Positions 12,755-26,490 of a stretch of 64,000 bases of DNA are shown here, piece after piece; position 1 is the first letter of the stretch, and each line of letters opens with the position of its first letter. The notes below the pieces were generated by a model. It had not been told where the DNA came from. It did no database searches and saw nothing but the letters and a program-made list of their open reading frames with translations. Origin of the DNA: Antechinus flavipes. Its lineage: Eukaryota. Made by a program: the position numbers and the translations under genes. Where the stretch lies: assembly GCF_016432865.1 (NCBI RefSeq), contig NC_067398.1, positions 551,490,001 to 551,554,000 on the forward strand, written 5' to 3'.

Positions 12755-13700
12755 TTCTAATCATATGAAAAAATGCTCTGAATCATTATTGATCAGGCAA
12801 ATGCAAATTAAAGCAACTCTGGGGTACCACTACACACCTCTCAGATTGGCCAAGGTGACAGGGAAAGATAATGATGAATATTGGAGGGGATATAGGAAAA
12901 CTGGGACACTAATACATTGTTGATGTATTTGTGAATGGATGCAACCATTCTGGAGAGCAATATGGAACTATGCCCAAAGGGCTATCAAACAGTGCAGCAG
13001 TATTTCTACAGGGCCTGTATCCCAAAGAGATCATAAAAAGGGAAAAGAATCCACACATACAAAAATTTTTGTGGCAGCCCTTTTTGTAGTGACAAGAAAC
13101 TGAAAACTGAGGATGCCCATCAGTTGGAGAATGGCTGAATAAGCTACTGTATATGAATATTATGGAATATTATTGTTCTATGGGAAACGATCAAAATTTC
13201 AGAAATTTCAGAAAGGCTGAAGAGACTTACATGAACTGATGCTAAGTGAACTGAGTAGCATGAAGAGAATATTGTACACAGAAACAGCAAGATTGTATGA
13301 TGATCAATTCTGATGGATATGGGTTTTTTCAACAGTAAGGTGATTCAGGCCTGTTCCGATGGATTTTGATGGAGATAGCCAACTGCACCCAGAGAGAGAA
13401 CTGTGAAATCTGAGTGTGGTATTTTCACTTTTTGTTTTTGTTTATTTACTTTTTGTTTTCTTTCTCATTTCTTTTCTTTTTGATCTGATTTGTCTTGTGC
13501 AGCATGATAATTGTGGAAATATGTATGGAAGAATTGCACGTGTTAAACATAAATTGGAACACTTGTTTAAAGAAGGGATTGGAAAGAAGGGAGGGAGAAA
13601 AAATTGGAACATAAGGTTTTACAAGGGTGAATGTTGAAAGCTACCTCTACATATATTTTGAAAATAAAAAAGCTTTTAAAAAAGAAAAAGAAAAAAAAAC
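12755..13700 (+). mobile_element. 5'-truncated L1 (decayed ORF2 C-terminus, 3' UTR, A-tail)
   Basis: Translates MKKCSESLLIRQMQIKATLGYHYTPLRLAK...PFWRAIWNYAQ with stops; ends gaaaataaaaagcttttaaaaaag. Confidence 0.92.
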
Positions 13701-13955
13701 AGAGACAGAGAGACAGGAAGACACAGTCAAATAGAAAGACAGAGATAGGGGGACAAACATGGAGCAAGAAAAAAAGAGAGGAGAAAGGAGAGAAAGAAGA
13801 GGAGGAGGAAGAAGGAAGAGAAGGAAAGAAAGAGGGAGGGAAAGAGAAAGAGAAGGAGAGAGGGAGGAAAAAAGAGGAAAGGAGAAAGGGAGATTTAGCA
13901 GTCAAGGACAAATTTATCTTAAAAGAAGAGGAAAAGAGAAGAGAGAATAAAAAGA
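13680..13955. repeat. GA-rich polypurine tract at L1 tail
   Basis: Almost pure A/G; source of K/E/R-rich spurious ORFs. Confidence 0.85.
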
Positions 13956-14596
13956 AAACTAATTCTTATTTATATAGTGTTTAAGAGTTACAAAATGTTC
14001 TCTTCTCTGAGGTAGAGAATAAAAATATTAGCATTTTACAAGTAAGATAATGGATTCTTAGAAATTTACCAATGGTCATAGAGCTAATAAGTTTAGCTGA
14101 TTATGAAACTCTGAATCCTGATTTTCAGTGCAGTGTTCTTTACACACTGCACAGAGCTATGGTATAGTGAAAGAGTTATGCCTCCTGGTCTTTGTAGTGC
14201 CAGAGACAGAGAAGAAAGCTGAAATGGGGAAATTACTTTTTGTGTATATTGAAAGGTTATAGATGAGAGAAAGTTGAAAATCAAATATACTATGTGTGTC
14301 ACAACAGAAAGAGCAATGAACTGAAGTAAGGAGGTGTGAGTTCTAGTTCTACTTCATGAATTTAAGTCAAAGAATTTGGCTTAGAATGGAGAATTTATAC
14401 AATTCTTTTAATTTTTTCATTATCACTTAAAAGCTTTACTATATAGGTTCCCTAAAAATAAAGAAATTAGAGAAAAAACCCATAAAGAAGGAAGACATGA
14501 AATATTTCTGATCAATATCTATGTTCTCCAAACTAGGATTACACACCCCAGGAGGTACAGGTGCTACATTTTAATTCTTGAAAAGGTTGATCTTTT

Positions 14597-15479
14597 ACCA
14601 CTATACACCTGTCAGATTGCCTAGAATGACAAGGAAAGATAATGCGGAATGTTGGAGGGGATGTGGGAAAACTGGGACACTGATACATTGTTGGTGGAAT
14701 TGTGAACACATCCAGCCATTCTGCAGAGCAATTTGGAACTATGCTCAAAAAGTTATCAAACTGCGCATACCCTTTGATCCAGCAGTGCTACTATTGGGCT
14801 TATATCTCAAAGAGATCATAAAGTAGGGAAAGGGACCTGTATGTGCCAAAATATTTGTGGCAGCCCTGTTTGTAGTGGCTAGAAACTGGAAAATGAATGG
14901 ATGCCCATCAATTGGAGAATGGCTGGGTAAATTGTGGTATATGAATGTTATGGAATATTATTGTTCTGTAAGGAATGACCAGCAGGATGAATACAGAGAG
15001 GACTGGCGAGACTTAACATGAACTGATGCTAAGTGAAATGAGAAGAACCAGGAGATCATTATATACCTCAGCAATGATACTGTGTGAGGATGTATTCTGA
15101 TGGAAGTGGATCTCTTTGACAAAGAGAAGATCTAACTCAGTTTCAATTGATCAAGGATGGACAGAAGCAGCTACACCCAAAGAAAGAAAGCTGGGAAGTG
15201 AATGCAAACTGCTTGCATTTTTGTTTTTCTTCCCAGGTTATGTTTACCTTCTGAATCCAATTCTCCCTGTGCAACAAGAGAACTGTTCGGTTCTGCACAC
15301 ATATATTGTGTCTAGGATATACTGTAATCTATTTAACATGTATAGGACTGCTTGCCATCTGGCGGAGAGGGAGGAAGGAGGGAGGGGAAAAATCGGAACA
15401 GAAGCGAGTGCAAGGGATAATGTTGTAAAAAATTACCCTGGCATGGGCTCTGTCAATAAAAAGTTATTTAAAAAAAAAA
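14597..15479 (+). mobile_element. Young 5'-truncated L1 with perfect 17-bp TSD
   Basis: TSD gaaaaggttgatctttt at 14580-14596 and 15480-15496; ORF2 tail YHYTPVRLPRMTRKDNAECWRGCGKTGTLIHCWW; aataaa then A-tail. Confidence 0.95.
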
Positions 15480-15914
15480 GAAAAGGTTGATCTTTTCAGC
15501 ATTTGGGGGATTCCCTCTATGAATACAAGTATGGCCTTTCCACACTTTCTATACAGTTTCTATGAGGGTCAGAAAACTAAACTCAATCAAACTTCTGACA
15601 ATAGTATCTATTTCCATCTTTAATGAGGTTGTTCCTTAAGCAACAAATACAGGGACTGTTGCCAGATCTATATAAGAAATTGCTCCTGCTTGGTAGAGGA
15701 TGTTGTAGCATTCACAATTCTGGCATTTCTGCTGCATAGTTTTCAAAATCAAAGGATTATTTCCACTTGATGAAGCATGAGGGAAGACAAAACTAATACA
15801 AGGAAAAAGGCGAGGTGGGGGGGCGGGGCGGGGAGGAGATAGCAATGGTATGATGTAAATCTCCCTGGAATTGGGTAAAGAGATCTAGTTCTTAGATTTG
15901 GCTCTGCCATTGCA

Positions 15915-16085
15915 AAGCACTTTAGAAATATTTTCTTATTTGATCTTTATAATAACATGGGAGGTAAGTACTTTTATTATATCTCCATTTTAAAGAAGAA
16001 GAAATTGAGACAGAGAGATAAAGTGTCTCATCTGCACAGCTAGTTAAGTGTTAGAGGCAAAATTTGAACTCAGGCTTACTCCATT
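15915..16085 (-). mobile_element. MIR/MAR-type CORE-SINE
   Basis: gcaaagcactttag...ctccattttaaagaagaagaaattgagacag...tttgaactcagg. Confidence 0.65.
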
Positions 16086-16339
16086 TTATCTGTCACTAAC
16101 TAAACAATAGAAATAAAACCTTCTTGAAGACAGTGATTTTTGCCTTTCTATCTCTTAGCAGTGCCTGATATGCAGGAAGTGCTTAATAACTCATTGTTGA
16201 CCAGTTAATTATGTGACCTTGGACAAGAAATTCTGAGGAAGTTGCTTCTTGGTTTTAACATTCTTGGTTTGTTTAATGCTTAAAGCAAAAGATGTCCTCA
16301 GTGGTCTCTAGGATCCTCTTTCTAGTTTCATCTAGTTTC

Positions 16340-16526
16340 ATCCAGGACCATCTCCAATCATCCTGACCTACGCCTTGCTGCTGGATCCAGACATCTCTGG
16401 AGGGGAAAGTAAGACAGGTGACCTTGTACAGCCCTTCCTCACTTAAATCCAATTCAGTTGCATGTCACAGCATCACCTTCCTGATGTCATGATTCTCTTT
16501 GAGAATGAAGGAGAAACAACAACAAC
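16340..16526 (+). mobile_element. Marsupial RTE-related SINE 3' part (WALLSI4/MdoRep1-like)
   Basis: ...cttaaatccaattcagttgcatgtcacagcatcacc...tttgagaatgaaggagaaacaacaacaac. Confidence 0.7.
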
Positions 16527-18649
16527 TTTCTTAGTCTAAATATTTTATTGCCAATACATATATAGTATTTATTTTCACCATGGGTGGTGATATTGGGATT
16601 CAAGACCAAAGAAGTCTTTTCTTCTTCAACCAAACACTGTAAGATTGACCAACTTGACATCCTTCAGAGTGGAACCATTTTGAAGCCCTAATATTTCCTT
16701 TTTTCTAATGGTTCAAGAATGTACTTTCCCTGTTTCCTGTTTTGCCCCAAAGTGTCCCACTCTCCCATTCACTGCTCCATTGTGCCATATCTATTCCAGC
16801 AATCTTTCAGGAGTTTTTTTTCCAAATCCATTGAAACACAAATTTTACAGCTCTATTGAAGTTTTCTTTGTTCCAAGGGACTATACCCAGAAAATCACAT
16901 AGTTTTAAGATTAGAAGGCAGTATCTTAGAGATGTTACCAACGCTATTTCCAAGCCAAATTGTCTTGCTAGTCTCCATTCACAACATTCCACATTCCTTT
17001 TTGGCATAGGCAACTCTCAGGCCTTGAACATACCTTTGAATTCCAAGATCCTTCCAACATCACTTCAAATATAACCATCAATATAAAGATGCAAGTGTCT
17101 CGCTTCTGAAATCATGATGTATTTGTTTTATAAACACATACACATATACAATTTTTCTCCTTGATAATCCTTGAGAACAAGGGGACTAAATATTTTATTT
17201 TTGTTTTAATCTCTGCACCTCACACAGTGTCAAGGCACATAATAAGTTAATAAATGCTTCTTGATTGATGGGCAGATGAATTGCCTAGGGCTTGAAATAT
17301 ATTGAATGCATAAATGTTGGGGGGGAGTAGGACACAAGAGACAGAATATGGAATATCCCCTAGGACCAAAGAGGGAATATTTGTAGCAAAATAGATATTA
17401 GTCCTTTCTTCACTCTACTCGCATAATAAATAATTGTGCAGCATTTGGTTACATGTTTGAATTATACATATTTTCATGTATACAGTTTTAGAAGGAAAAA
17501 TTTTTAGCATTGATACAGCCACTTTATAAGATAGATGGAGTGGGGGAGAGACATGGAAAATGTTACTAGTATAGGCATTTTCCTAGAAATTCCATGGAAA
17601 CATCTGGTTTTCAATAGTTTGAGAAATATTGATCTAGCTTAACTCTGTCAGTATACACATAAAGAATCTTAAACTCAGAGAAGGAATGTTTTTTGTTTGT
17701 TTGTTTGTTTTTAGATATGATTAATTTGTAAGTCAAATCATTTGATTTTATAGGAGTTTGGTAGAGAAAATACTTTGTATGCATTCAAGGCTTTAAAATT
17801 GGGTTGCAACTAACTCTATAAGAAAGATTGGGCCAGGAAAGGTGCAGGAGAAAAGAAAGTCTACCTGAAAGTTTGCAGACAGCTGATTTTAGAATTAGGT
17901 AGACATAGGTACAAATTCTGCTTCTGAAATAAATACACATAGTGTGTGGCCCAAGGCAAAGAAATATAATGGTTAAGTATATTTGTACATAAAGTTGTTG
18001 AAGTCACATTTGTGCTAAAGCTTAAGCTAATATGAAATGTGTGGGTGCTTGTGATTTGCAAAATCAAATTAGAGGCATGGGTTCTCTATGAGAGTGGATA
18101 TTTTTCATACATGCAGAATTCTATTGTCAAGCAACCAAGCTACCTCCTACACTGCCTCATCTTCTGGGATCATTTTGAAAGTCTATTTTCAAGTCATGCA
18201 TATGTCTGAAAATTTCAATATAAAATGAGTTGTTCCTCTTCAGTGCCAAGCAAATTCAAATATAAAATCCTTTTCTGTACCTCAATCTTCCTAACTGAAA
18301 ACATGTATAACTTTTCTGTAACTATTTCACACAAGGTGAATTTGAATAGAAATTTTTTTGAACGAACATTGTGTCGATTTTTCAGTATTTAAAAAGTCTT
18401 GAAGTCAAGCAGTACTTATATTTAAGAGTCCTTAAATAAAAGAAACTATTTTAGACTAACGGAGTTTTGGCAAATCAAATATATAGGGTTAATTTCTAGT
18501 TTTTCTTCCTGAATGTTTAAAAGATAGATAATAGTTTTTTTTCCTGAAAATTTGACTTCTGGAAGGCAATTATTGTAAGGGACATATCATCAAAAGATAG
18601 CATTACATAATACGTAAGAAGTGTCAAATTGCCTGGGCTTAGAGTTAGA

Positions 18650-19500
18650 ATCAATAAATCAGTCAGCAAGCATTTATTAAGTACTTACTTTATGCCATGC
18701 ACAGAATTAAATACTGGGAATATAAAGAAAGGCAAAAATAGTCTCTGCCCTCAAGGAATTCCCATTTTATGGGAAAGACAAACATAAAAATAACTAGGTA
18801 TTTATAAGATGTATAAAGTCAATGGGAGGTAATATCAAAGGGGGAGGCAAGGGTAGTTAAGGGATGGAAAGACCTCCAAGAGAAGGTAGAATTTGTGTTG
18901 GGTTTTGAAGAAACATAAAGAAAGAAAGAAATTAAGATGATGACATTCTAGAAATGGGTGACACTACCATTTTCCAGGAATAGCAAGTGGGCTAATATAG
19001 CTGGCTTGTTGAGTCTGTTAAGAGTATATAAAAGCATAAGAAGACTGGGAAGATAAGAAGGAACCATGTTACGAGAGCTTTAATTATCCAAGGGATTTAT
19101 ATTCGATCTTGGAGAAAAGAGGAAAAAATGGAGTTCATTGAATATTGAGGGGGAAGTAAGAGAGAAGTTGGAGGGATGACATGGTGAAAAGTGATTCTGT
19201 TAGGAAGGAATGATTGCTTTGATAGCAGTAAGACCCAGCTGAGATTAGATATCATAATTATAGTAGACTCAATCAGTATAGTGCTATGATTTCCTTTAGC
19301 TCTATTCAGCAAGAACTTAATAGGAAGAAGGAAATGGATGGTAAGAGTAACCCAGAATTCTGGCTTGGCAAGGTATGAATGATGATAGGACAAGAAGACA
19401 AGGGATTTCACAATGGAGGATGGTGTTGAGTTGAATTGGTTTAGCAAGGGGTTTAGATGAGAAAAGAAAGAGAGTTTAGCCAGAGAGTTTAGCCATTGTA
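18650..19500 (-). mobile_element. L2 remnant
   Basis: aatcaataaatcagtcagcaagcatttattaagtacttact... then long L2 body. Confidence 0.75.
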
Positions 19501-20574
19501 GGAATGTTTCATGGTACAGCTTTGAAACATAAGTTTTATAACTTTGGAAAAGTCTCCTTTAACCCATCATAAGTAAAATGAGGGAGAATTCGAAAGATGA
19601 CCCTTCCCAAACTCTAAATCTATGATCTCTCTGAACCTCTATTCCTTTAAAATAAAAAAAAAATTAGGGTTATTGTGAGGAAAACATTTTTTTTTATAAA
19701 ACTTTAAAAGGTATGGAAAGTTGCGCTAACACAATAACTGCTTATTCTAAAGCCTGTGTACATGTCAAAATGCTTCACCTTGCATACATTATCTCATTGT
19801 ATTCTCACACAATCCCTAGAGGTAAGTAGATAATAGTATCTCTATATTACTGAGAAGGAAAGCCCAGTGCACAAGAACTTGCATTACTTTGCCTAAGGCT
19901 ACACAGATTTCTTTGAAAATGGAGGTAAGAGGATGGTGCTTTAATTGTATTTCCTTTTTTCCATCCTCTCTCTCTATTCAACAGAGACAAAAGTGACTTA
20001 AGTGACTTAGTTCTTTGGTCCACTGGGAAAGGACCAAAAAACATTAAAAGGAGGTTTCATGGAGCTTGCCAATTCCCTCAACTTTGATGTCATTCTGAAA
20101 GGGTTTCAATCGATCTGTCCCTCTGCTCCCTGGAAACAAGCAGTGATTGTCATCCTCCCCTCTTGTTCTTCTCCAGGGATGGCTCCTTGTTAATTATGCA
20201 CATATGTTGCTTTAGTTTTGTTAAGTCAGGGAGATTCCTCTTCCTGTCTTTTTTATTTTTTCAGTGGTGGTCATCCATTTTCCATGCATTTCCTCTTTCC
20301 CTGATGATTTTTCAAAGGCAGCTATCTTTTTGCCCCACCATCTCATCTATTTCCACCTGTGGTACAGAGCCCCCAAGTCCCTGAGTCAATCCTGAGGTCT
20401 TCTATGTTGTTTTAATTACTTTACCCTAGATGTATCTTTAACTTTCCCTGCTCATTTCTGGCAGATGCCCTCAATTGACCAGGTTTACAATGGACCTTTG
20501 CAACAGGGCTACCTAACACAAGTTTCCTTCAGGTAGTTCATATTGATAAAATCAAAGGACCCAACAGTATTATG

Positions 20575-20790
20575 TAGCTAGTAATGTGGATAGAATATTT
20601 AATTAGGAATCATAAAGGCTTAGGTTTAAATCCAGTGTCAAATACTTACTAGCTGAATAAATTACATATCTACTTTTGAAAGCTCAGTTTCCTCATGTGG
20701 AAGACAAGGATAAAAATCAAACCTACAGTTTGTGGTAAGGATGAAATGAGATGAACCAGTATTTTGCAAAACTGTCTATAAACTCTTGGT
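20575..20790 (+). mobile_element. MIR SINE
   Basis: gtggatagaa...tttaaatccagtgtcaaatacttactagctg...ctcagtttcctcatgtgg. Confidence 0.65.
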
Positions 20791-21644
20791 ATTATTACCA
20801 ACTTCCCCAGCTTCCTAAATTTCTTTCTTAAAGCAATCATTTTTCCATTGGCAAAAGGAATGTTCCTTTTATACCACCTAAGAAGATAATGAAAGGTTTA
20901 TTACTCCTAAGAGTGTAGCAGGATTCCTTACTCAGAGAACCATCATATAGTTATGCGGAATGTGGGGAGAAAAGCACAGTAAATGTCTTTTATAAAGTTG
21001 TTATTGGGCTAACTCCATCTCTAAAGGCTAAGAATGTTATACCAGATTTTATTGAAGGTAGGAATTATTTCAGGAACCATAATTTGATTTGTAGGATATT
21101 CAAATTCATGTAATAATGAGCTAAGTTGTAAGCTGGGTTTTCTGTAAGAAGCTTTTATTAATCTCACTACAGGGATTAATTCTTGGTGCATTAGAAAATG
21201 GAAATGGGAATAGAGAAATTCTAATATGTAAAACATTATAAAATAATTTACCATTCATTTAAATTACATTTTGTAATATTGATAATAGAAAATATTTTAT
21301 GCACATTTTGGCAAGTAGTTGTTTTATTTTTTTAATAATAGAAACATCAGAAATGTATACTTAAGTGTTTGGGTATTGATTTTTTAAAATACAGAAAATT
21401 AGGAAAGTTTATATTTCTTACCCTATGTTTACAGATTTCTATAAGTGAGAAAGGGAGCTTTATACCGTGACCTGTAAGAGGGGATTTCCTTTCTTCAGTG
21501 ATTTGATTAGAATATTCTTTCCCCTCTACTCTTTAAGTATATATCTTTCCTGGGTTCTAGATCAGAACTGCCTTGGATTTTGGCCTTATGTCCTATGTCA
21601 CATATCTGGAAATTAATCATCTCTATATATTGTCACAGACAAAC

Positions 21645-21870
21645 TGGACTGCACAGCAGATAGAATTCTGGGCCTGGAATCAGGAAGGCTCAATCTTCCT
21701 GAGTTCAAATCTGGCCTCTGACACTAACTGTATGATCCTGGGCAAGTCACTTACTCCTGTTTGCCTCAGTTTCTTCATCTGTAAAATGAGCTGGAGAAGA
21801 AAATGGCAAGCCAATATCTTTGCCAAGAAAGCCTAAGTGGAGTAATGAAGAGGAGGGCATGACTGAAACA
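21645..21870 (+). mobile_element. MAR1-type SINE
   Basis: gcacagcagatagaattctgggcctggaatcaggaag...gagaagaaaatggcaagcc...catgactgaaacaa. Confidence 0.85.
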
Positions 21871-22587
21871 ATATTTTTATACATAAGCACATACCTATAC
21901 ATAGTCTGCGTTTGTATATATACACATATTTACACTTTAACACCTTAGAGCATTAGGTGGAATGAGACTGAAACACCAAGTAAATAATAAAGATGAAGTT
22001 TTTGTTATCATTTAATTTGTGTTTAAGTCTTTTCATCCCACCAGGTCACAAGTTATTGTAGGACAGGGACAAGATCTTATGTTTCTTTGCCTTTCCCTCA
22101 CTGCATGCATTTAATGCTAAATAAATACTTGTTGATTCATCTGGTCATAGGCAAGCTGAATCTACATGAATATAGCTCAATTGTTTTGTATAAGGCTTGG
22201 AATCTGGCTGTTGACATTTCCATAGCACCTCAAGGCTAACAAAGCTCTCTATCTACAGTCACCTCAGGAGTTTGTCTTTCCTAACGCTCCAGAAAGGTAG
22301 ATAATATAAACATCAAAGCATATTAATCTAATTTTGCAGATCAACAAACTGAGGACCAGGGGGAAGGAGTGATTGCATGAGGGTCAAATAGATAATAAAC
22401 GAAAAGCCTGGGACTTTAATTTGAGCTTTCAGACTTCAAGTAAAGTTGGTTCCACAGTACTACAATGCCCTCCATTTAAGATTAGAATGCTTATAATATG
22501 CCACTAAACATTTTTGACCAAAGCACAGTATTCTGGAACTGGGATAAAATACATGCAAATAGATAAAGTTGTTAGAGCAATTCAGTT

Positions 22588-22740
22588 ACTGGTAGAAGAA
22601 GGAAGAGGAAAGAAGGAAAGGAAAGAAGAGAAAGAGGAGATAAAAGAGGAAAAAGAGGGGAAAGAACAGAAAAAGGAAGAGGAAGAAGAGAAGGAAGGAA
22701 AAGAAAAAAGAAGAAAAGAAGCATAACAAGAAGAACATAA
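22588..22740. repeat. GA-rich polypurine tract
   Basis: Near-pure A/G run. Confidence 0.85.
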
Positions 22741-23244
22741 AGGCAGTGACTTATTCTCTAATATCATTGAGGAACCAGATCCCTATATATTTCCACTATT
22801 TGGTTCATATACCATAAGTATAGTTATTGAAATTTTGTTCAAATATATGATTTCATTGCTGTCAAAAACACCTAATGAGGAAAAATTCTTCTACCAACCC
22901 AGTTGGCAATATGGTATAAAGGGGGAGAGGGAAATAGGAAGACCAAAGCTCAGATCTCACCTCTGATAGCTTGAATGTGGGATGCTGGGAAGTTGAATGT
23001 GGGATTCTGGGAAGCTCACAACCACTCTTTGCCTGATGAGGTGACCATGTTTCAGTTGCTTTCTCCCTCACTCCTGCAAGCTTCCTTCATCCTTTGAGGA
23101 GGTCTTACTAAAACTTCCCTTTTGAGGGAGGGTCCAGAGCATGAGATTTCACTGCTTTGTCTTTTCTATGGTTCTACAAATTATACCCACTCTTGTCTCC
23201 TGTAGACTAAGCATGCCCACTTCTTCCAATAAATCCTGATAGGT

Positions 23245-23408
23245 TTCTAGTGTGGGGCCACTGCCAATCATCCTGACCTTTGTCTTGCCACTGGACTCAG
23301 AAGGCTCTGGAAAAGAAAGTAAGGCTGATGATTTTGCATAGCCCCACCCATATCTAAATCCAATTCACTTGCATGTCATAATACCTTCACCTCTTAGAGA
23401 CAAACAAC
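23245..23408 (+). mobile_element. RTE-related SINE 3' part (WALLSI4/MdoRep1-like)
   Basis: ccactggactcagaaggctctgg...taaatccaattcacttgcatgtca; same family as 16340-16526. Confidence 0.65.
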
Positions 23409-24802
23409 TAATTACTTTTCTACTAATTACACCTTCCAATAGAACCTGGATTTACCTTTCTTTCAATACAAAGAAATGAAAGTGGTCACTTTATGCTGGC
23501 AGGCTGTTGCAGTCTGTAAGAAGTAATGTAGTATGATAATGGGGCAAATAGCTTTGGATTAGTATTGGCAGATTTGGATTTATAGTCTTACCTATGTTAT
23601 TTGCTATTTGTGTGACTTGGGGGCAAGTGATTTCCTTTTTCAGGGCTCCACCTTCTATCTATAAAATGAGAGGGTGTGACAGAGCCCTAAAACCTAAAAT
23701 GGATAAGGGAACATCTACAAAATATTCTGAGTGGTAAGAAGAACTTTGATGACATCTGTCTTGGAAACCCTAGTAATTGTGCAATACTCAGGTGATGTAC
23801 GCTTTAAGAATTTGCCAAAAAACCCAACCAAAAAAACCCAAAAAATCAAACCCACTTTTTTTTTGACATTTTCAATGATGTTGATAATGAGAGTCCTTTT
23901 ATCCTCAGCAGTTAACACAGATGCTTAATACTTACTGTACTTTATGTCTTTGTTCTTTTTTATTATTAATAGACTTCTTTAGTCTATTTAGGTATATTTC
24001 TTCCCTACAGAACTTCATTTCATTCTCTGTGACAGTAGCAAACCTTTTGAAAAGAAGTCAGAATTCTGGCCTCTTTCTTTTCTCATTGCTGCTCAAGTTT
24101 CCATATCTCATTTTGAGAATGGTCTGTTAATGGTGAAATGTTTATCAGGATGGAGAAGCAAAAGCTATTAAATGTCATTTGAAATGAGATCATTTTTAGG
24201 CCTGTCACAAATGCTTTTTTTTTTAGGTGTTTTTTTTTCCCCAAAATGAACTGCTAGTAAATTTCCAAATGAAAATCTTTACAAGTGAATTCTCTTTTTA
24301 ATAGAAATTAGACTGGCAGCCTCAAAGAGCTTGACAGAGCTGAAAGGAGTTTGGAGAAATGAAGCAGAAAGAAAGAACAAGTTATCCTTATACACATGTG
24401 TTTTCTTAGTAAAGTAAAAAAATGCATATAACCTTTAGAACTACTCACTAAAGTCCTCTTTGGAAGTCTTATTGTGGTGTGAAATGACCCTGTTGACTTG
24501 TGAATAAATAAAGTAGATTGATATCCCTTAATTCTTAAAGGCTATACTTTAGATAGAGCTGTAATGAACATCTTGGTATCCAAGGCAGGTAGCATAGAAG
24601 ATAGGTAGTAGACTCTGAAACACTATACAACTTTTGCTAGAAGAAAGGATCTTTCTTGGAGGAAGGGGGCAAAAAAGCACGGGGGAAAGCTCACTTGGTA
24701 TGGATCACTACCAAAGGAAGGAAATACATATAATACATAAAATAAATTTACTAGAAAGATGCTGATATCAATTGTTTCTCTATTGCTGAAAGGCTGCAAG
24801 GG

Positions 24803-25022
24803 CTATCTTGTTGAATTGCCTCTATGGTTTGCTTGATACAGAGACTGGAATGATTTGCCATTTCCTTCTGCACTCATTTTACAGATGAGAAAACTGAGGT
24901 AAATAGGGTTAAGTGACTTGTCCAGAATCACACAGCAAGTATCTGAGGCTAGATTTAAACTCAGGAAAATGAGTCTTCCTGTGTTTAAGTCTGACACTTT
25001 ATCTGCTGTGCCATTTGGCTGC
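24803..25022 (-). mobile_element. MAR1-type SINE
   Basis: tggaatgatttgccatttccttctgcactcattttacagatgagaaaactgagg...ctgtgccatttggctgc. Confidence 0.8.
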
Positions 25023-25317
25023 GTCAGATTAGTCCTAGAATGACAATATATTGTTTTCTAATTTGGCTTCTACTCACTCTTTCTGTTTAGTAGGACATGC
25101 TAGCATTATAATGAAAGAGTAGTCACTAGGATAGAGTAGCTGGTCTTTGTCACTGGGGCTATAATTTGGAGGCCCCTGACAGCTTTCTGAAACTAGGTGG
25201 CCCAGTGGATAGAGTGCCAAGTCTGAAATAATTCAACAACAGCAACAGGAATAATCTAGTAAAGTTCAGAGAGACTCGTTATCATCTTGGCTTCTAATGA
25301 CTATATATTACAAAAGT

Positions 25318-25590
25318 TATTATTTGTCCTTTATTCTCAAAGAGGAACATAACATCAGGGAGGTGATGCTATGACATGCAAGTAAACTGGATTTAAGTGA
25401 GGGAGGGTTGTGCAAAGTCACCTGCCTCAGTTTCTCTTCCAGAGTAATCTGGATCCAGTAGACAGAGATCAGAACAACTGCAGATGGCCCTAGATGAAAT
25501 GGGGCCTTTTTAAGCTAATGTCTTCAATAAGTCTCAGTTTGACAGAGACCATTCAGTGCTTAAGGCTAGGTAGTGAATGAGGCAAAGAAT
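25318..25590 (-). mobile_element. RTE-related SINE (WALLSI4/MdoRep1-like)
   Basis: tttgtcctttattctcaaagagg...catgcaagtaaactggatttaagtgagg is the reverse complement of the tail at 16440-16526. Confidence 0.7.
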
Positions 25591-26249
25591 CTTGTATAGC
25601 TGTTACGATCTGCACTGGTAGAGGGAATAGAGCTAAAATAATGAAATTATGGGTCCACAAATTATTCATATTATAGTATGTTTCATCCTATTGCTTCTTC
25701 ATCTGTAGAGATTTCTTTGAAGTATATTGTTAATGATGTCAAAGTCATTCTCAACTGTCTTTTTTTTTTTTTTAAGATCCATTCTCTGCTAAATCTCAAG
25801 TAGACAAGATTGTTAGATAACCAAGTTCCATCCTGATGAGGATTTGTCATAGGTATTGATGATCTTCGTTTACAAATGTAATGTGATTACAAAGGATTAT
25901 TGATAGTGTGATATAGTGGAAAGATTTGATGTGAAAGCTATTAAAATAAGTTGCTCTGACAGCTACTGGCTATGTGTCCCTTAACCTTTCAGTGATCTAG
26001 GCAGCTCTCTAAGACCATACATCTTAGCAATGGAGCAATGGAAGACATTAGCTTAGCAATGACTTGTATGAATAGAGGGAATTTCCTTATCTAGGAATCA
26101 ATGCATTTGGTTATAGCTGAAAAGCCCAGAGAATAAGTAAGGTTTCCTTCCATGATGTGTAATGTTCATTCTAATTTTCAGTTGGTGGCTGTAGATAATT
26201 AAGATCACTTTGTTTACAGCTGTGTCTCATAAGTCAGAGCTGTTGCATA

Positions 26250-26490
26250 AAAAGGGCAGTGCTCTTTCTGATGGTGAATATTTCACAAAAGGAGACTCAC
26301 TTATCATCTTAGAACAACAGAGTTCAAAGGAATTAGAAGTCCAACTCTGAGCCCAGATCATGAATCCTTTCTTCAACATCCCTGACAAACGGCAAGCTAG
26401 TTTCTGGAAGATCTCCAGAGACAGCAAACTCATTACTCCCTTGAGGCAGCCCACTCTACTTTTGGGAAGCTCCAAGCGCTGGGAAGAATA
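26250..26490 (-). mobile_element. L3/CR1 LINE 3' end remnant
   Basis: Minus frame KGVMSLLSLEIFQK..RLSGMLKKGF resembles the CR1/L3 ORF2 C-terminus (EVVSSPSLEVFK..HLSGML). Confidence 0.7.

Noticed and set aside
13567-13984. Long K/E/R-rich and F/L/S-rich ORFs (also 22514-22767, 43960-44735, 11649-11885)
   Set aside because: Translations of GA/CT low-complexity tracts, which lack stop codons by composition; some span N gaps.
14578-14826. ORFs resembling real protein (also 30777-31082, 58270-58494)
   Set aside because: L1 ORF2 C-terminal remnants, not host genes.
16560-17100. GC-balanced stretch with overlapping ORFs; one minus frame gives QKGMWNVVNG, reminiscent of copia-like gag
   Set aside because: Single short motif, frequent stops, no other retroviral or viral motifs; not supportable as an EVE without a profile search.
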